A stretch of 64,000 bases of DNA, taken from contig NC_086097.1 of assembly GCF_963921235.1 (NCBI RefSeq), positions 149,606,001-149,670,000 of the forward strand. Reading direction: 5' to 3'. How positions within the stretch are numbered: the stretch's first letter is position 1; each line of letters begins with the position of its first letter. Below are positions 37,061-51,893 of the stretch, piece after piece. The notes beneath the pieces are model-generated. The model was given only the letters and a program-made list of their open reading frames with translations, made no database searches and was not told where the DNA came from. The translations under genes were made by a program, and so were the position numbers. This DNA is from Mobula hypostoma (lineage: Eukaryota).

Positions 37061-38814
37061 GCAGATATGAGCTATAATATTTTCCCTCCGAAGTCTAGAC
37101 CTCACAAACTGAGAGGGTGGTAGAGTCATGGAATAACACAGTAGAGAAGAAGGCTCTTCAGCTTTACTGCTCCATACTGACCTTAAGTGCTCACCTAAAC
37201 TAGTCTCATTTTCCCACATTGGGTCTGCATCCCTCTAAATGTTTCCTATCCATATACTTCACCACATTTAAGGAATATTTTAATGTATATACTTGAATAA
37301 TTATGGCCCCCAGGACCCAGTGCCGTAATGTAGAATTAGATTAAAATGATATTCATTGATTTACAATCTATAAGGAGCCAAATTGTCCTGTGACATAAAT
37401 TTTCTAGGGTAATACACCAGTAAAGTAGACTTTAAAGACATTAAAGATCAGGGTCTGTTTCGAAACAGAGAAGTCAACCATGTTGTTACAAAGAAACTCG
37501 TCTGAACTTTTGGCTGGTGTTCAATATATGTTTGGATAAATGTCATACAGTCTGTGGGCTACAACAACATCACATGTAACACCACAAAATGAAAAAAAGC
37601 TGCTTTGCTATTAGAATTCAAATATTTAGCATTGTCTGCTGTTCTTATGCTCAGGAATTGCTGATTATAGATCCTAGATCTATAAAATGGATCATAGCAG
37701 AGCACCAAGAGTATCAGGAAAGTTTTGTTTCCTTAAATCAAAGGCAGGGAACACAGATTTAATTTTTGAAAGATCAGAGATGATACGAACTGTAATGTTT
37801 TCACTTCAAGGGAAGTAAAGATTCAAGACCCACTGGCTGATAAAATGGCAGATGAGAAAATCCCTGCCATTTTTAAGGAGACCCCTGGACTGAAGGCTGA
37901 GGATCTGTGCTGGAGTGTCAGATTAGATTACTTACTTGGGCCTGAGTGGAGCATAGCCCATCGATGACCTCCTGTCTCCATCATCTTCTGGAGGTGATGA
38001 TGTGGTTGGAGTTCATTAAGAGTTCTGCAGTCCAAGGGCATTCACTATACAGGACATTGACTTCTACAGCTGCACCAGAGACCCTGCAGGCCGGCCTTGC
38101 CTGTTTCCACCTCCCATGACGGGGATGGGGGATTGGACTTTGAGAGGTGGAGTGTCAGATAAGATTGATAGGTCTTTAATATGGTCCAACCTAAGATGTG
38201 TTATAATTGGTGAAGAGAATCAGAAGAATTAAAAATAAACGTGGAACGAATCTCAGGATCCCACTCATGGCTTACTTCTTCAGCTGTGAACTCTGTGACA
38301 GCACCAGGGCTGTAGAGAAACAATCTCTTGATTATACACTGGACATGTGTGTTCGTCCAATACTGTCTATTTAAACTTGATGTAGGGTCATATTGTGAAA
38401 CATTGACTATCCTTCTGTCTCCTCAGATGTTGTCTGTCCCCCCTGAATTCCTCCTCCTGCAGTTTGTTTTTCTGCTCTATATTCCAGCGTCTGCAGCCTA
38501 TTGAGTCTCTTGATTTTGCACAAATTCTATGGGTCAGGTCCGGGAGAAAACGGGTAGTGCTTCCCTTTGTGGAGCACTTGTAGTTGCTTTAATAGTGGAA
38601 CAAAGTGATTTTTAAAGCAGAACTTGTACATGGAATTCAGAATAAGTCTGGCTAAGAATGGAACAAACCAAGAAATGGAAGTACAAACACACTTAAAGCT
38701 TGAGTACTGTATCAGAATTTTGGAAAGAAAAGAACAAAAATGAGAGCACAACAACAAGCAGATTTTATGGGTAGTGTAGAAAGTACGTGGAAAGACAACA
38801 TCCAGTTAGTTTAA

Positions 38815-40465
38815 CATCTATAGCTGGGGAAACTGCTTGAACATATCATTAAAGAAGAAATAGTGTGACATCGGGAAAGAAATAGATCCATCTGGCAGAT
38901 GCAGCATGGATTCAACAAAGGCAGGTCCTGTTTGACAAACTTACTGGAGTTCTTTGAGGATAAAATGAGCACAGTGGATAGAGGGGAACAGATGGATGTT
39001 ATTTACTTGGATTCCAGAAGGCGTATGATAAGGTTCTGCATAAAAGACTTATCCATAAGATAAGGATGCATAGAGTTGGGGGTGATGTATTAGCATGGAT
39101 AGAAGGTTGGTTAACTAATAGATAGCAGACAGTTGGGATAAGTAGGTGATACTCTGGTTGGCAATCAGTGGTGAGTTCTGTGCCACAGGGGTCGGTGCTG
39201 TTCACGACGTACAATAACGATCTGGAAGAAGGACCGAGTATCTAAGTTTGCTGACGATACTAATTTGAGTGGAAAAGCAAATTGTCCAGAAAATAAAGAG
39301 AGTCTGCAGAGAGATATAGATAGATTAAATGAGTGGGCATGGATCTGGCAGATGGAATACAATGTTGGTAAATGAAAGGTCATCCACTTTGGAAGGAAAA
39401 ATTAAAGAACAGATTGTTATTTAAATGGTAAAAAAAAATTGCAGCATGTTGCTGAGCAGAGGGACTTGGGCGTGCTTGTGCATGAATCACAAAAGGTTGG
39501 TTTGCAGGTGCAGCAGGCTATCAAGAAGGCAAAGGTAATGTTGGCCTTCATTGCTAGAGAAATTGAATTTAAGAGCAGGGAGGTTATGCTGCAATTATAC
39601 AGAGTACAGGTGAGGCTGCACCTGGAGTACTGTATGCAGTTCTGGTCGTCTTACTTGAGGAAGGATGTACTGGCTTTGGAGACGGTGCAGAGGAGGTTCA
39701 CCCGGTTGATTCCAGAGATTTCAACAGAGAATCAGTGTTGATTCCAACACTGGGCATCACGGGAGGTTGTTCCTGCCTGTGGCCATCGAACTTTGCAGCT
39801 CCTCCCGTGGAGGGTCAGACACCCTGAGCCAATAGGCTGGTGGTGGACTTATTTCCATGTGGCATAGTTTGCATATTGTTGTTTGATTGTTTGTGGTTTT
39901 TGTATTGCTATATTTATGCTCTATTCTTGGTTGGTGCGGCTGTAACGAAACCCAATTTCCCTCGGGATCGATAAAGTATATCTATCTATCTACCTATGAG
40001 GGGGTTAGACTATGACAAGAGATTGAGTTGCCTGGGACTGTATTCGCTGGAATTCAGAAGAATGAGAGGAGATCTTATAGAAACATATAAAACTATGAAA
40101 GGGATAGATAAGATAGAGGCAGAAAAGTTGCTTCCACTGGTAGGTGAGACTGGAACTAGGGGACATAGCCTCAAGATTTGGGGGATTAGATTTAGGATGC
40201 AGATGAGGAAGAACTGCTTTTCTCTGCGAGTGGTAAATCTATGGAATTATCTGCCCAATGAAGCAGTGAAGGCTATCTCTGTAAATATATTTAAGATAAG
40301 GTTGGATAGATATTTGCATACTAGGGGAATTAAGGGTTATGGGGGAAAAGGGAAGTAGGTGAAGATGAGTCCATGGCCAGATCAGCCATGATCTTACTGA
40401 ATGGCGGAGCAGGTTCGACAGGCCAGATGACCTTCTCCTGCTCCTATTTCTTATTTTCTTATGTT
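38815..40465 (+). mobile_element. CR1 LINE RT to 3' end, with a Rex1 3' tail inserted at ~39720-39995
   Basis: QHGFNKGRSCLTNLLEFFE, SKFADDT, RLHLEYCMQFWS, RRMRGDLIETYK; CR1 breaks at gattccagagat / gagggggttag around the insert, which ends gggatcgataaagta(tcta)n. Confidence 0.88.
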
Positions 40466-40579
40466 ATATGGAATACGAGGATGAAAATGTTTATATGGTC
40501 AATAATATTCTTGAGTTGGATAGACATACATCTGTTGGAAGCAACACTGTGGGAGCATAAGGTGATCATACCTGCATAA

Positions 40580-40720
40580 AATGCTGGAGGAACTCAGCAT
40601 GTCAGGCAGTATCTACAGAAGTTAATAAACAGTTGACATTTCGGGCCGAGATAATTTCCTTCAGCATTTTGTGTGTTTTCTGCTTTAGATATCCAGCATC
40701 TGCAGAATTTCTCATGTTTG
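40580..40720. mobile_element. Short inverted Penelope terminal insertion, 11-bp TSD with 1 mismatch
   Basis: tacctgcataa (40569-40579) and tacttgcataa (40721-40731); antisense arm aatgctggaggaactcagc...tttcgggccgag joined to sense arm ttcagcattttgtgtg...ctcatgtttg. Confidence 0.75.
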
Positions 40721-41099
40721 TACTTGCATAAGTTGGCTCCAAGGTAGTTCAGATGTTTATCAGCTTAACAGAACACTAAAGATTTCAATAGGTAATTGCA
40801 AGGTTAGAAAATGCTTCAAGCAAAATTTGTTTAAGATAGAGGAGAGATGTACAGTTAGTTTGGCACGGACAATAAAAAAGGTTGAAGAAAGCATGGGTGC
40901 TATATCATCATACCCAATCACCTATCAAAATATTGTAACTCCAGAGAGTTTCCAGATTGTACACCCAGATGCATGTCTGTGTATTGTGAAGATTGTCAAG
41001 ATTAATGAACAACCAGTTCTTCATTATCTGCAAAAAGAGAAGCTTGCTTTGCTCCTCAACCCTCAGTAACACAAACTTAAGTAAACATCAGAAGCAGAT

Positions 41100-42735
41100 C
41101 AGAGATTGAGTATCCTGCCGTGCTCAACTCATCCTCAAGTCTTTTCACCAGTGGCAAGGCAAGACAGGAATGTGCCAACAAACTAAGAAAGTCCCTTGGG
41201 AGTACAGAAAGTATAGAGAGGGGCATAAGTTTAAAAAAATACACAGAATTAGGAGGACAAATAAGAGACATAAGATATCATTGGTGGCCCAGATTGAGGA
41301 AATTTACAAAGTATATCACACGTACAAAGGACACAAGGATAACTAACTTGGGAAATAAAAGGACCCATTAGTGACAAAGTGGCAAGTATACAGGTGACCC
41401 TTAAAAATACTTCTCATCTGTACTCACTGAGGCAAATGATGTGGTAGTTGGAGAATTTAGGGAGATGATTGGTGAAACACTATAACATTTTAGGAGGAGG
41501 TTTTGGGTGGCTTCACAGGGTTAGAAGTGGGTAAATCTCAAGGAATTGGATGAGATGCATTGTAGGCTGCTGTGGGAGGCAATGAACGATATTGCAGGTT
41601 TTCCGATTTAATTCTTCACTAGCCACAGGTGAGGTACAAGGGGAACGGATGGCAGCAAATATGGTACCTTTATTCAAAAAAGGAAACAGTGATGGGGAAG
41701 TTATTGAAATAAAATGGGAACAACAGGATTGATCCACACCAGAAATTCAGGAATTAATGAAAAATAGAACAACTATGTTTGGGGATATCTGGTCTGACCA
41801 ATCTGATTGAACTTCTCAAAGGAGCAACAAAGAGTAATGTTGAGAGTAGTGCACTCAATGTTATCTACAATTTTGATAAGATTGGAGGTTAGAGCTCTGG
41901 ATTTCAAGGTATGTTGGCAAATTGAATTCAAAATTTACTTGATGCTAAAGGCTGAGGACGATGGTGACCTGTTGCTTTTGTGACCACAGGAATTTGTACT
42001 GGGACCTGCTATTTGATCAAAATGGCTATGAATATAGAAAGTGCAATAAGTAAACTTGTCATAAACATGAAACTTATGGAGTTGTTGACTGCAAAGAGGA
42101 TAGTGGGAGGATACAAGATGATATCAATCAGTTGGATAACATTGGCAGAGCAATGGAAGATGTGCCAGATGATACCCTTTGGGGTGACAGATGAGGGCAA
42201 GACATACGCAATGAATCTCAGGTTCCTAGGGAACTTTGGGAAAGAGAGGGATCCTAGTGGTAAATTCTAATATTGAGATGATGAAGGATGGGATACCTGC
42301 TAACATCAGTCAGAGGACAGAATATATGAGTAGGAAGGTTATGAAACTACTTCATGAAGTATTGGTAAGGCCACAGATGGATACTATGTACAACAGTGAC
42401 CACCATATTATCAGAAGAATAGGATTGTACTGGTGAGGATGCAGTGCAAGTTCACCAGGACATTATCTTGGTTGGAGCATTTCAGAACAGAAACAGAAGA
42501 ATCAGAATAGGCTGTTTCTTCTTGGAAACAAAGAAACGTGAGGGGAAGGGCATAGGAGGGTAGTACACAGGAACATTTTTTCGTAGCATAAGTATCTAGA
42601 CATGCACTTAAACTGCCAAGGCATAGAAGTCAACCAACGACATATTGATAAATGGGATTAATAGGAATAAATTCTTAATTGGACATGCTGGGTTAAGAGA
42701 CTTTTTTTCTTGTCCTATATGACTATGATTCTCTA
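41100..42735 (+). mobile_element. Old, heavily decayed CR1
   Basis: Remnants ANMVPLFKKG, LTNLIEL, LVRPQM; CR1-like tail. Confidence 0.6.
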
Positions 42736-43829
42736 CTGGTTTGGATGAGGGCAGCTTCAACATTGCTCAAGGACCTTGACGTCATCCAGGCAAATCAGTC
42801 CTCTTCAATGTTAACAGGTCTGCTACCATTAACATTCATTCCCTCCTCCTCCAGAGCACTGTAGTTCCAGTGAGTATCAGCTGTAAAATGCATTAAAATA
42901 ACTTCTTTCAAAACACCACCTAAACCTGTGATCTTTATTAACTACAAAGACAAATACAGCAGGCATTTAAAAAGGTTCCGCTTGTACACTGCGCCTTTCC
43001 TACATGGAAGTACATCTGTCTTTTTTATACTGAAACTTGCACTCGAGGGTAGTTTTACAGCAAGTACAGCAGTTTGAAAATGGACCTTCCTTCGATTTTT
43101 TTTTGACAATTTGGAATGGACAATTAATACTGCCAACACATCCAACCTATAAAACTAAATTCCAAAAAGTCTATAATGGGGTTTAGAGGATCAGGTGCTT
43201 GGAACAGCTCCTTATCAGTATTAAATATACTAAGCCTTATTCAGTATAATAAAACTTATAGATGTCATATGATGCAATGCGGCTTGTGCAAATTAACCAC
43301 ATTTGATAGTTTTAATCGTTGTACTGGAAAGGCAGAAATAGAAATGTAAAAGGAAGCATGTTAGCAAACAGCCAGACAATGAGTTACATTCACCATCTTT
43401 TTTTTTCCTCTTGATTTGTGTTTTGATACCTTTTAGTTAATTTCAGGTCTTAGAGAAAGATGGCATTTATTACTTGTCCTTTGTTTCTCAAGTTTCTTGA
43501 GAATGTAGTGATGAACCTTGTTCTTCAAGTACAGTAAAAAAAATAGTTTCACTTTAAGTCACCCAAGGACAGGAAATATTTGCCATCCTTTTAAGCATGT
43601 TCCTACCTTATTTAAGTCCAGCTATGGTGTTATGAACACTGTGTTTGTAAAACCCAAGCAGAAATGGCCTCCAAGCTAGTTCAAAACCCACTCGAAGACA
43701 TAAACATATTAGTGTAGGGCCATTGCTTGAGAAAAATGGTGATGCTGGTCAATGTGCTGTGTTCTGCTGTGTTTTAAAACCTAGATCCTCTGAATGTATA
43801 GAAGAGAATAATAAGTCTCCATGGCACTA

Positions 43830-45815
43830 TTTGATGCCTTGATAAATTGTTGCCCTTTACACACGTGACTGAATAACTAACCACAGCTCAAAAGCCATCT
43901 ATAAATTTGCAGATGACTCTGCTATTGGTAAAATGTAAGATGGTGATGAGTTGTAACAGAGTGAGATAGATTGTCTGGTTGAGTGGTTTCGCTACAACAC
44001 CCCGGCACTCAACATCAGCAAGACTAAGGAATTGATTGTGGACTTCAGAAGTCCATTGAGGGCCAGTGGTGAAAATGGTGAACAGCTTTAACTTTCTGGA
44101 TATTGACATGTCGTGGGACCTGCCCTAGACTCAACGCATTGATGCAATTATGAAAGAGGCATGCCAGTAGCTCTACTTCATTAAGAACTTGAGGTTTGGT
44201 ATATCACCAAAGACTCTTGTAAATTTCTATTATATGTATGTTGCAGAGCATTCTGGCTGGTTGCTCCAATGAACAGAATTATAAAAGGCTGCTGAGGGTT
44301 GTGGACTCAGCCAGATCCATTGTGGGCACAACCTTCCCTACCGTCAAGGGCATCTTCAAGAGGCAGAGCCTGGAGAAGGAGGCATTCATTATTAAGGACT
44401 CTCACCATCTGGGGCATACACTCTTCTCATTGCTTCCATTGGGGAGGAGGTACAGGAAGCTGATGATCTACACTCAACTTCCTCCTCTCCACCATCAGAT
44501 CTCCGAATGGTCCATGCACACTACCTCATTATTCTTTTCACAAATAAGAGAAAATCTCCCGATTGGCTGGAAATCAAAGTAACACACACAAAGTGCTAGA
44601 GGAACTCAGCAGGCCAGAATCAGAATCACAATCACAATCACAATCAGGTTTATTATCACGAGCATGTGTTGTGAAATTTGTTAACTTAGCAGCAGCAGTT
44701 CAATGCAATACATAAAGTGGAAGAAAAAATATATAATACTAATAATAAATAAGTAAATCAATTGCAGTATATGTATATTGAATGAATTAAAAAATTATAC
44801 AAAAACAAACAACATTTTAAAAAAGTGAGGTAGTGTTCAAGAGTTCAATGTCCATTTAGGAATCGGATGGCAGAGGAGATGAAGCTGTTCCTGAATCACT
44901 GAGTGTGTGTCTTCAGGCTTCTGTACCCTCCTACCTAATGGTGACAGTGAGAAAAGGGCATGCCTTGGATGCTGGAGGTCCTAAATAATGGATGCTGCCT
45001 TTCTGAGACACTGCTCCTTGAAGATGTCCTGGGTACTTTGTAGACTAGTACCCAAGATGGAGCCAACTAAATTTACAATCCTCTGCAGCTTCTTTCGGTC
45101 CTGTGTAGTAGCCCCCACTACCCCAGTACCAGACAGTGATGCAGCCTGTCAAAATGTTCTCCAAGGAACATCTATAGAAGTTTTTGAGTGTACTTGTTGA
45201 TGTACCAAATCTCTTCAGACTCCTAATGAAGTATAGTCACTGTCTTGCCTTCTTTATAACTGCATCGATATATTGGGACCAGGTTAGATCCTCAGAAATC
45301 TTGTCACCCAGGAACTTGAAACTGCTCATTCTCTCCACTTCTGATCTCTCTGTAAGGATTGGTATGTGTTCCTTTGTCTTACCCTTCCTGAAGTCCACAA
45401 TCAGCTCTTTCATCTTACTGACATTGAGTGCAAGGTTGTTGCTGTGGCACCACTTCACTCATGGGCATACCTTCTCATCACTTCTCATCACTAACTGAGA
45501 TTCTACTAACAATAGTTGTATCATCAGCAAATTTATAGATGGTATTTGAGCTATGCCTAGTGGGGATAGAGAGAGTAGAGCAGTGGGCTAAGCACACACC
45601 CCTGAGTTGCACCAGTGTTGACAGGCAGTATCAATGGAAAAGAGTAACCAGTTGACGTTTTGGACTCAGACCCTTCATCGTGATTATTCTTTTCCTTCTG
45701 CACTGTTAATTTATTTTGTAATTTATAGTAATTTTATGTCTTAGAACTTTACTATTGCTGCAAAACAACAAAATTCCTGCCCTATAAAACTGTGGTAATA
45801 AATATGATTCTGAGA
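43830..45815. mobile_element. Three-layer nest: Rex1(+) containing a Penelope tail(-) 44540-45682, which contains Rex1(-) ~44617-45622
   Basis: IYKFADD and KTKELIVDFR motifs on both strands; 12-bp TSD attattcttttc at 44528-44539 and 45683-45694; the Penelope tail is split at gcaggccag / caggcagtatc. Confidence 0.8.
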
Positions 45816-46935
45816 TCTCTTCTCTGATGCTCTTCTGCCTGAAGGTAATGGCTTATGATGCAGAACTTGTGCTCTCCAATGTTGGTGCAGTTCAAAAGTC
45901 ATGTAGAAAACAGCTAGTGCAAATTTGAAAAAAAAACATAATCACAACAAACCATTATTTCTTTATAGGGGAACTGCATCCATCTGACCTTCTCTTTGAT
46001 TTTAAAACGGAAAATGCTGTGAACACTCCATTAAGTCAAAGCAGCATTTGTGGGAAGAGAAATAGAGATAACACTTGAGAGCAGAAACTTTTTATGGCAT
46101 CAACAGTTTTTTATTTTACTTTCACTTGCCACTCAGTTCTATGTGATCTATTCTAGAGGGACATGAGCCATGTCTACAAGCTTTCTTTTCTCCTGGGTTG
46201 TGTTACCCAAAGCCCACTAATACTTCCACCCTTAGCTCTGCCTCTGAATGTTCCAAAGCTACACTATTCTTTTTGGATGAGTAGTTCCCAGAGCCATTTT
46301 GTTTAAGCATAGTGGGCTGCAAGGATGATTAATAAGGGGCACTAAAGTTCACCAAGAGAAGGTGGAAGAATGGTGTTGAGAGGGATAATAAATCAATCAT
46401 GATCGAATGGCAAAGAAGCTCAATGGCCTAATTCTGCTCCTATGTCTTATGGTTTAAGAAGTGAGTAGTGAGTCTTCATGAAGTGCAACTGGCTCACATT
46501 TCAGCGGATTTTTTCACTGATTTGTAATGTCCATCTTGGTCAAAACTGTTGAATAATAGAATAAGATGAAAAGTTAAAAACTAACTACGAAAGAGCCATG
46601 AGACTACTAATAATTAGATAAAAACATAAACCTACAGTAAAATTAAGGAATGTTTATCCAATCCTATATGTACAAATCAAATTAAATATGTAAATCAAAA
46701 GAAGTGTTGATGCTGAACTTCTGAAATAAAAATGGAAAGTTCTGGAAATACTCTGTGCCCTCTCCTCCCTGCACAACAACCTATGATATGCTCCTGGGCT
46801 CACAGTGACTGAAGCAGGAGGTCAGGTGCACACAAATCTGACCTACAGAAGGTTCCTGACTTGTGCACTGTAGTATGTATATATGAAATGGACAACACAT
46901 GCTGATATATACACTGCAGTTAACCAAGGTGTTTA

Positions 46936-46980
46936 TGTGTGTGTGTGTGTGTGTCTATGTCTATATCTATGTCTATATCT
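46936..46980. repeat. (TG)n microsatellite followed by (TCTATR)n
   Basis: tgtgtgtgtgtgtgtgtgtctatgtctatatctatgtctatatct. Confidence 0.9.
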
Positions 46981-49900
46981 CACTACACTATACCTGTGCT
47001 GACATTTTCAGCCAACTACTTCAGTCCCATTTACCCACATGAGGTCTACATCCTTTGTGCCTTGCCTTCTATTTGCCTGCCTAAATGTCTCTTAAATGTA
47101 GTTATTGTATCTAACTCCACCGTCTCCACTGACAGCAACTCACTATATTAAAAATAATTACCCACATATTCCCCTTTAAACTCCTTGCTCTCACTTTAAA
47201 ACTACAGTATCCCCTCTGGTTTCTCATTCCCTGTCTATGCATCTTATAATTATATATACCTCTATCATGTCACCTCTCAACCTCCTTTGCTCCAGGGGAA
47301 ACAAATATGTCCTAACCAATTTTTCACAATTTTTTTTTAATACACACAGGAGGTGGCAAGTCTGGAATGAGCTGCCAGAGTAACTGCTAGAATTGGGCAC
47401 AATTATAACATCTGAAGCATGTAAATAGGTATATCGATGGGAAAGATTGAGGGTTATGGGCTAAATTCAGGCCACTTGCTCAGGTCAGCGATTTGGTCAA
47501 CATGGGTGAGTAGGGTAGAAGGGCTAGGTTGTCTATGGTTATATGAATTTAATTAGTGTTTTGCATTATTGACTCCTCTGAGACGTAGTACTAATAGTCC
47601 TGCTTGTGTAACAAACACGAGAAAACCTGCAGATGCTGGAAGTTCAAAGCAACACTTGGCTGACTTATACAGTTTCAGCAAAACATATATGTGCTCAAAT
47701 CAGATTGCAACCGTTCGCTCATAATGAAATTGCACAATTAAAGGAGGAAGAGAACTATAATAAAACGCAGACTTCCCTTTACACTTCAGTTACCAAATAG
47801 TAGATGTTTTTGAGGATGTTCTTCACCCTTCAGAAATCAACCTTGCCGCAAACCGGTTCAGGAAAATGGGAATCTGTTGCATTGAAAAAGAATAGAATAA
47901 TTAAGTAACTTTAAATTATAAGGAAGTATTTTTTCTTCCTTATTTTCAACATTGGGCAATTAAACATTGTAGAATCAAGCCCCGGTCTGGGTCGAGGGTA
48001 CACGATATACAGTACATGTTATTGTTACACAAGCATTGCAGAATTTCTTTGCTTTTTATTCTTGTAGCTATTTTGGATCTTCATCAATACTCCTCCACTT
48101 TTTGCTATAACTTATTAGTAACTAGACATTTAATGCAGATTTTGATTGAGAGTATCAATTCTCCATTTGTCAGTGATTTGTAATTATTGGTAATGTTGTT
48201 TTCAATAGAATTTATCGTATTTCTAATTGCCTTGTCACGACATATGTGTTAAAGTTAAGGTACTTGGTGCAATTTAGAGACATAAGTGTGATGTTGAAGG
48301 GCTGCAGAGATCAGGCAATTTGTACTTAAATAGTCTGTTCTGGACTTAATGTTTCTGAGACATTGATTAGAAGGAGAAACTCTATAAGAGAAGACATCAC
48401 CTCAAAATTTAGGAATGAAATGACATAAAGGCAAATAGAACTGAATCATACTGACCAGTAATGGACTTGAGATACTAGATCAGTATATTGACCTCCTCCA
48501 AAGTCATCGGGTCTGGAATTTATCACTTTTCAGCTTCATTAATTTAGAACATACAACACAGAACACAGCAACACAGAAAACGATCATAGGCCCAGGGTCT
48601 GGTGCTGAATCTTTAACCTACGCTAAGATCAGTCTAAACCTTCCCGCCCACATAGATCTTGATTTTCCTTCTATCATCAATGTGCCTTTTCTCCCCTACT
48701 TTTTAATAATTGTTAACATCATTAGGGACTCAGTGGGATGTGTCAAATAGACTTCAATGATTTTTCCTGTGCATGGTCCAAGTTTACATATTTACAATTC
48801 AATTTTGCAGGTAACCTGCCAACTGCACTTGGATTGTCATCACTCCATGCTTGTGTGGGTGTATTTCTCCCCCAAGGCATACAATTAAAAGTTTTATTAC
48901 CTGCTGAATGGATTATATGGTTACAATGACATTTCATAATAGATGTTTTGCTAAAAGGCAATCACATTCCATTTAAAATATGTGCAGCACAGTTGAAATT
49001 CTAGATCAATGGCTTGGTTTTAAAGAACAATTCAACATGAAGTTTACATACATTAAGCTTTGAAAGTAGTTGGACAAGTTGCTGAACCTGTTAAAAACCA
49101 TGTGGAAATCTTGGCTACAAGGATAGAGCAGAAACAAAAGAATGTTTTGTTAAACTTTTATAATTTTTCGGCTGAGGCTCAAAAGGCCTTGGAGTTTGTG
49201 TAGAATAAACATTCAGGAACAGCGGCTAAAATAATGGACTTCAGTAATACACAGCAAGTAGACATCAGTTATTTGTGGAAGTGCCCAAAATTATGAGGTT
49301 TGTTGTAGGTGGGGTAAACATTGGCAGCACAATTGATGACCAACAGAAGCCCAAAGGAAAAGATGAGGAAAATGTAGAACCTGTTATTTATAATCTGGAA
49401 TATAAAGTCTATAAGGGCAATGGAGACAAAAATCAGTACGTACCCACTTTTGAAGGAGAATTAGGAAAGCAATGTTTGCTTTCATCTGGTGAATGAAGCA
49501 GCTATGTGGAACAAACTGAATAACTGTTTCAAAGAGCTGACGCTGACTCGAATACTGTCATTATTGCATGGAAAATTTCATATTTCATGAAAAATTACCT
49601 GTCAGATTAATGGAAAGAATGGATTATAGTTCTATGAGCCTTGCACTACCTATTCACTTACTGTTCTATTACTGAGATGCTCACTTCAGGTGAACTTGTT
49701 GTTTTACCTCAGAATGAGACACAAATCCATTGTGGAGGTAACGTCAATGATAGAGAGTAAATAGCTTGTTCCACTGCCAATTGTGCATGGTTTTCAGATT
49801 GATGTGCAAGAATAACACAGAGTTAAAGCAGGGGGATAAACTAACAAGAGCTATTATAGGGAGGAGTAATTTTAAGGTGAGAAGTGAAAATGTTTGTGGA

Positions 49901-50049
49901 TGGAAAGATAAAAGTCAACATTTTTCACATGGGCAGAAAAGCAGAATTGGCTAAAGGGTCTCTATTTTGAAAGAGGATCTTCCAACACCAAGAACGGTTT
50001 TAGATTACTCCAACAAAACACCTTTATAAATGCAAGGAGTTATAGTGAG

Positions 50050-50985
50050 AGGAACAGAGGGAGAAAAAAGAGAGGGGGGAAATAAAAAAATATATAAAAA
50101 ATATATATATTAAATAAATAACGGATAGGGTGTGAAGGGGAGGAGGGGCATTAATGGAAGTTAGAGAAATCAATATTCATGCCGTCAGGTTGGAGGCTAC
50201 CCAGGCGGAATATAAGGTGTTTTTCTTCCAACCTTAGTGTGGCTTCATCTTGACAGTAGAGGAGGCCGTGGATAGACATATCAGAATGGGAATGGGACGT
50301 GGAATTAAAATGTGTGGCCACTGGGAGAACCTGCTTTCTCTGGTGGGCAGAGCGTAGGTGTTCAGCGAAACGGTCTCCCAGCCTGTGTTGGGTCTCGCCA
50401 ATATATAGAAGGTCACACGGGGAGCACCGGACGTAGTATATCACCCCAGCCAACTCATAGGTAAAGTGTCGCCTCACCTGGAAGGACTATCCGGGGCCCT
50501 GACTGGTAGTGAGGGAGGAAGTTTAAGGGCATGTGTAGCACTTGTTCCGCTTACAAGGATAAGTGCCTGGAGGGAGATTGGTGGGAAGGGATGGGGGGGA
50601 TGAATGGACAAAGGAGTCACATAGGGAGCAATCCCTGTGGAAAGCAGAAAGGTGGGGGAGGGAAAGATGTGCTTTGTGGTGGGATAACACTGGAGGTGGC
50701 AGAAGTTACGGGGAATTATATGTTGGACCCAGAGGCTGGTGGGGTGGTAGGTGAGGACAAGGGGAACCCTATTCCTAGTTGGGTGGCAGGAGGATGGAGT
50801 GAGAGCAAATGTGCACGAAATGGGAAAGATGCATTTGAGAGCAGAGTTGATGGTGGAGGAAGGGAAGCCTCTTTCTTTTAAAAAAAAAGGAAGACATCTC
50901 CTTCATCCTGGAATGAAAAGCCTCATCCTGAGAGCTGATGAGGCGGAGATGGAGGAATTGCAAGAAGGGGATGGCACTTTTGCCT
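50050..50985 (-). mobile_element. Penelope-like element, RT thumb/linker plus GIY-YIG endonuclease
   Basis: AIPFLQFLHLRLISSQDEAFHSRMKEMSSFF; GVIYYVRCSPCDLLYIGETQHRLGDRFAEHLRS...HFNSTSH...RLEEKHLIFRLGSLQPDGMN. Confidence 0.92.
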
Positions 50986-50989
50986 CTGA

Positions 50990-51324
50990 GCTCTCTTATT
51001 TGCAAGGGATTTTCACCCACAGAACTGCTGCTCACAGGCTGTTTGTTTTTCACACATTTGCACATTTGGGACTGTTTGGTGTGAAAATCCCAAGAGATCA
51101 GTAGTTTCTGAGGTGCTCGAACCAATCTGTCTGGCACCAAAAATCATTCCATGGTCAATGTCACTTAGATCACGTTTCTTCCCCATTCTGATGTTTGGTC
51201 TGAACAATAACTGAACCACTTGACAACGCCGACAGGTTTTCATGCATGCTGATTGGCTGATTGGATATTTTTATTAACAAGCAGGTGTACAAGGTATACC
51301 TAATAAAGTGGCCATTGAATGCAC
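50990..51324 (-). mobile_element. Tc1-like fragment (same family as 8020-8785)
   Basis: MGKKRDLSDIDHGMIFGARQIGSSTSETTDLLGFSH; TIR cctaataaagtggccattgaatg. Confidence 0.8.
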
Positions 51325-51893
51325 TTTCCCATGTGCAAATATAGTGCATTCGCGAATAATGTCGTAAAGTAAGTGTAAATAGCTCACTTGAATGTTTTCA
51401 AGGATAGAAGCTTGGAAAAAACCAAGCTTCCCCTTGTCCTCACCTACCACCCCACCAGCCTCTTTAGTATTAAATGGCTGGCCATTTATTCTGAGCTCCT
51501 TCCCTACCCTCCTCCCCCATCCCACATTAACCTCCTCAGCTTGCATCTACTCTCTCCGACACCATAAAAATTTTCTGTTTCAATGAAGTAGAAGAGGAAC
51601 TTCGAAAATAAGAAAAGAAGCAGAAGTAGTCTCCCACTGCAAATTGCTGATTGTCTACCTCGTACACAATTTTCATGCACCATCCCTGTATCACTTCCCT
51701 TCATTTTTTTAACGTTTTCTTTATTCCCTCCATGGACATTTCACCGGATTTGCAATTGAATCCATGCTGAACACCAAGCATCAAGCCTACACTAATTCTG
51801 TTTTTCATTCTCCCAAGATTCACACCAATTCCTCAAAAGATCTAACACTTACCTGCACACCAGGGGCAACTTACAATGGTCAACTAATTAACC

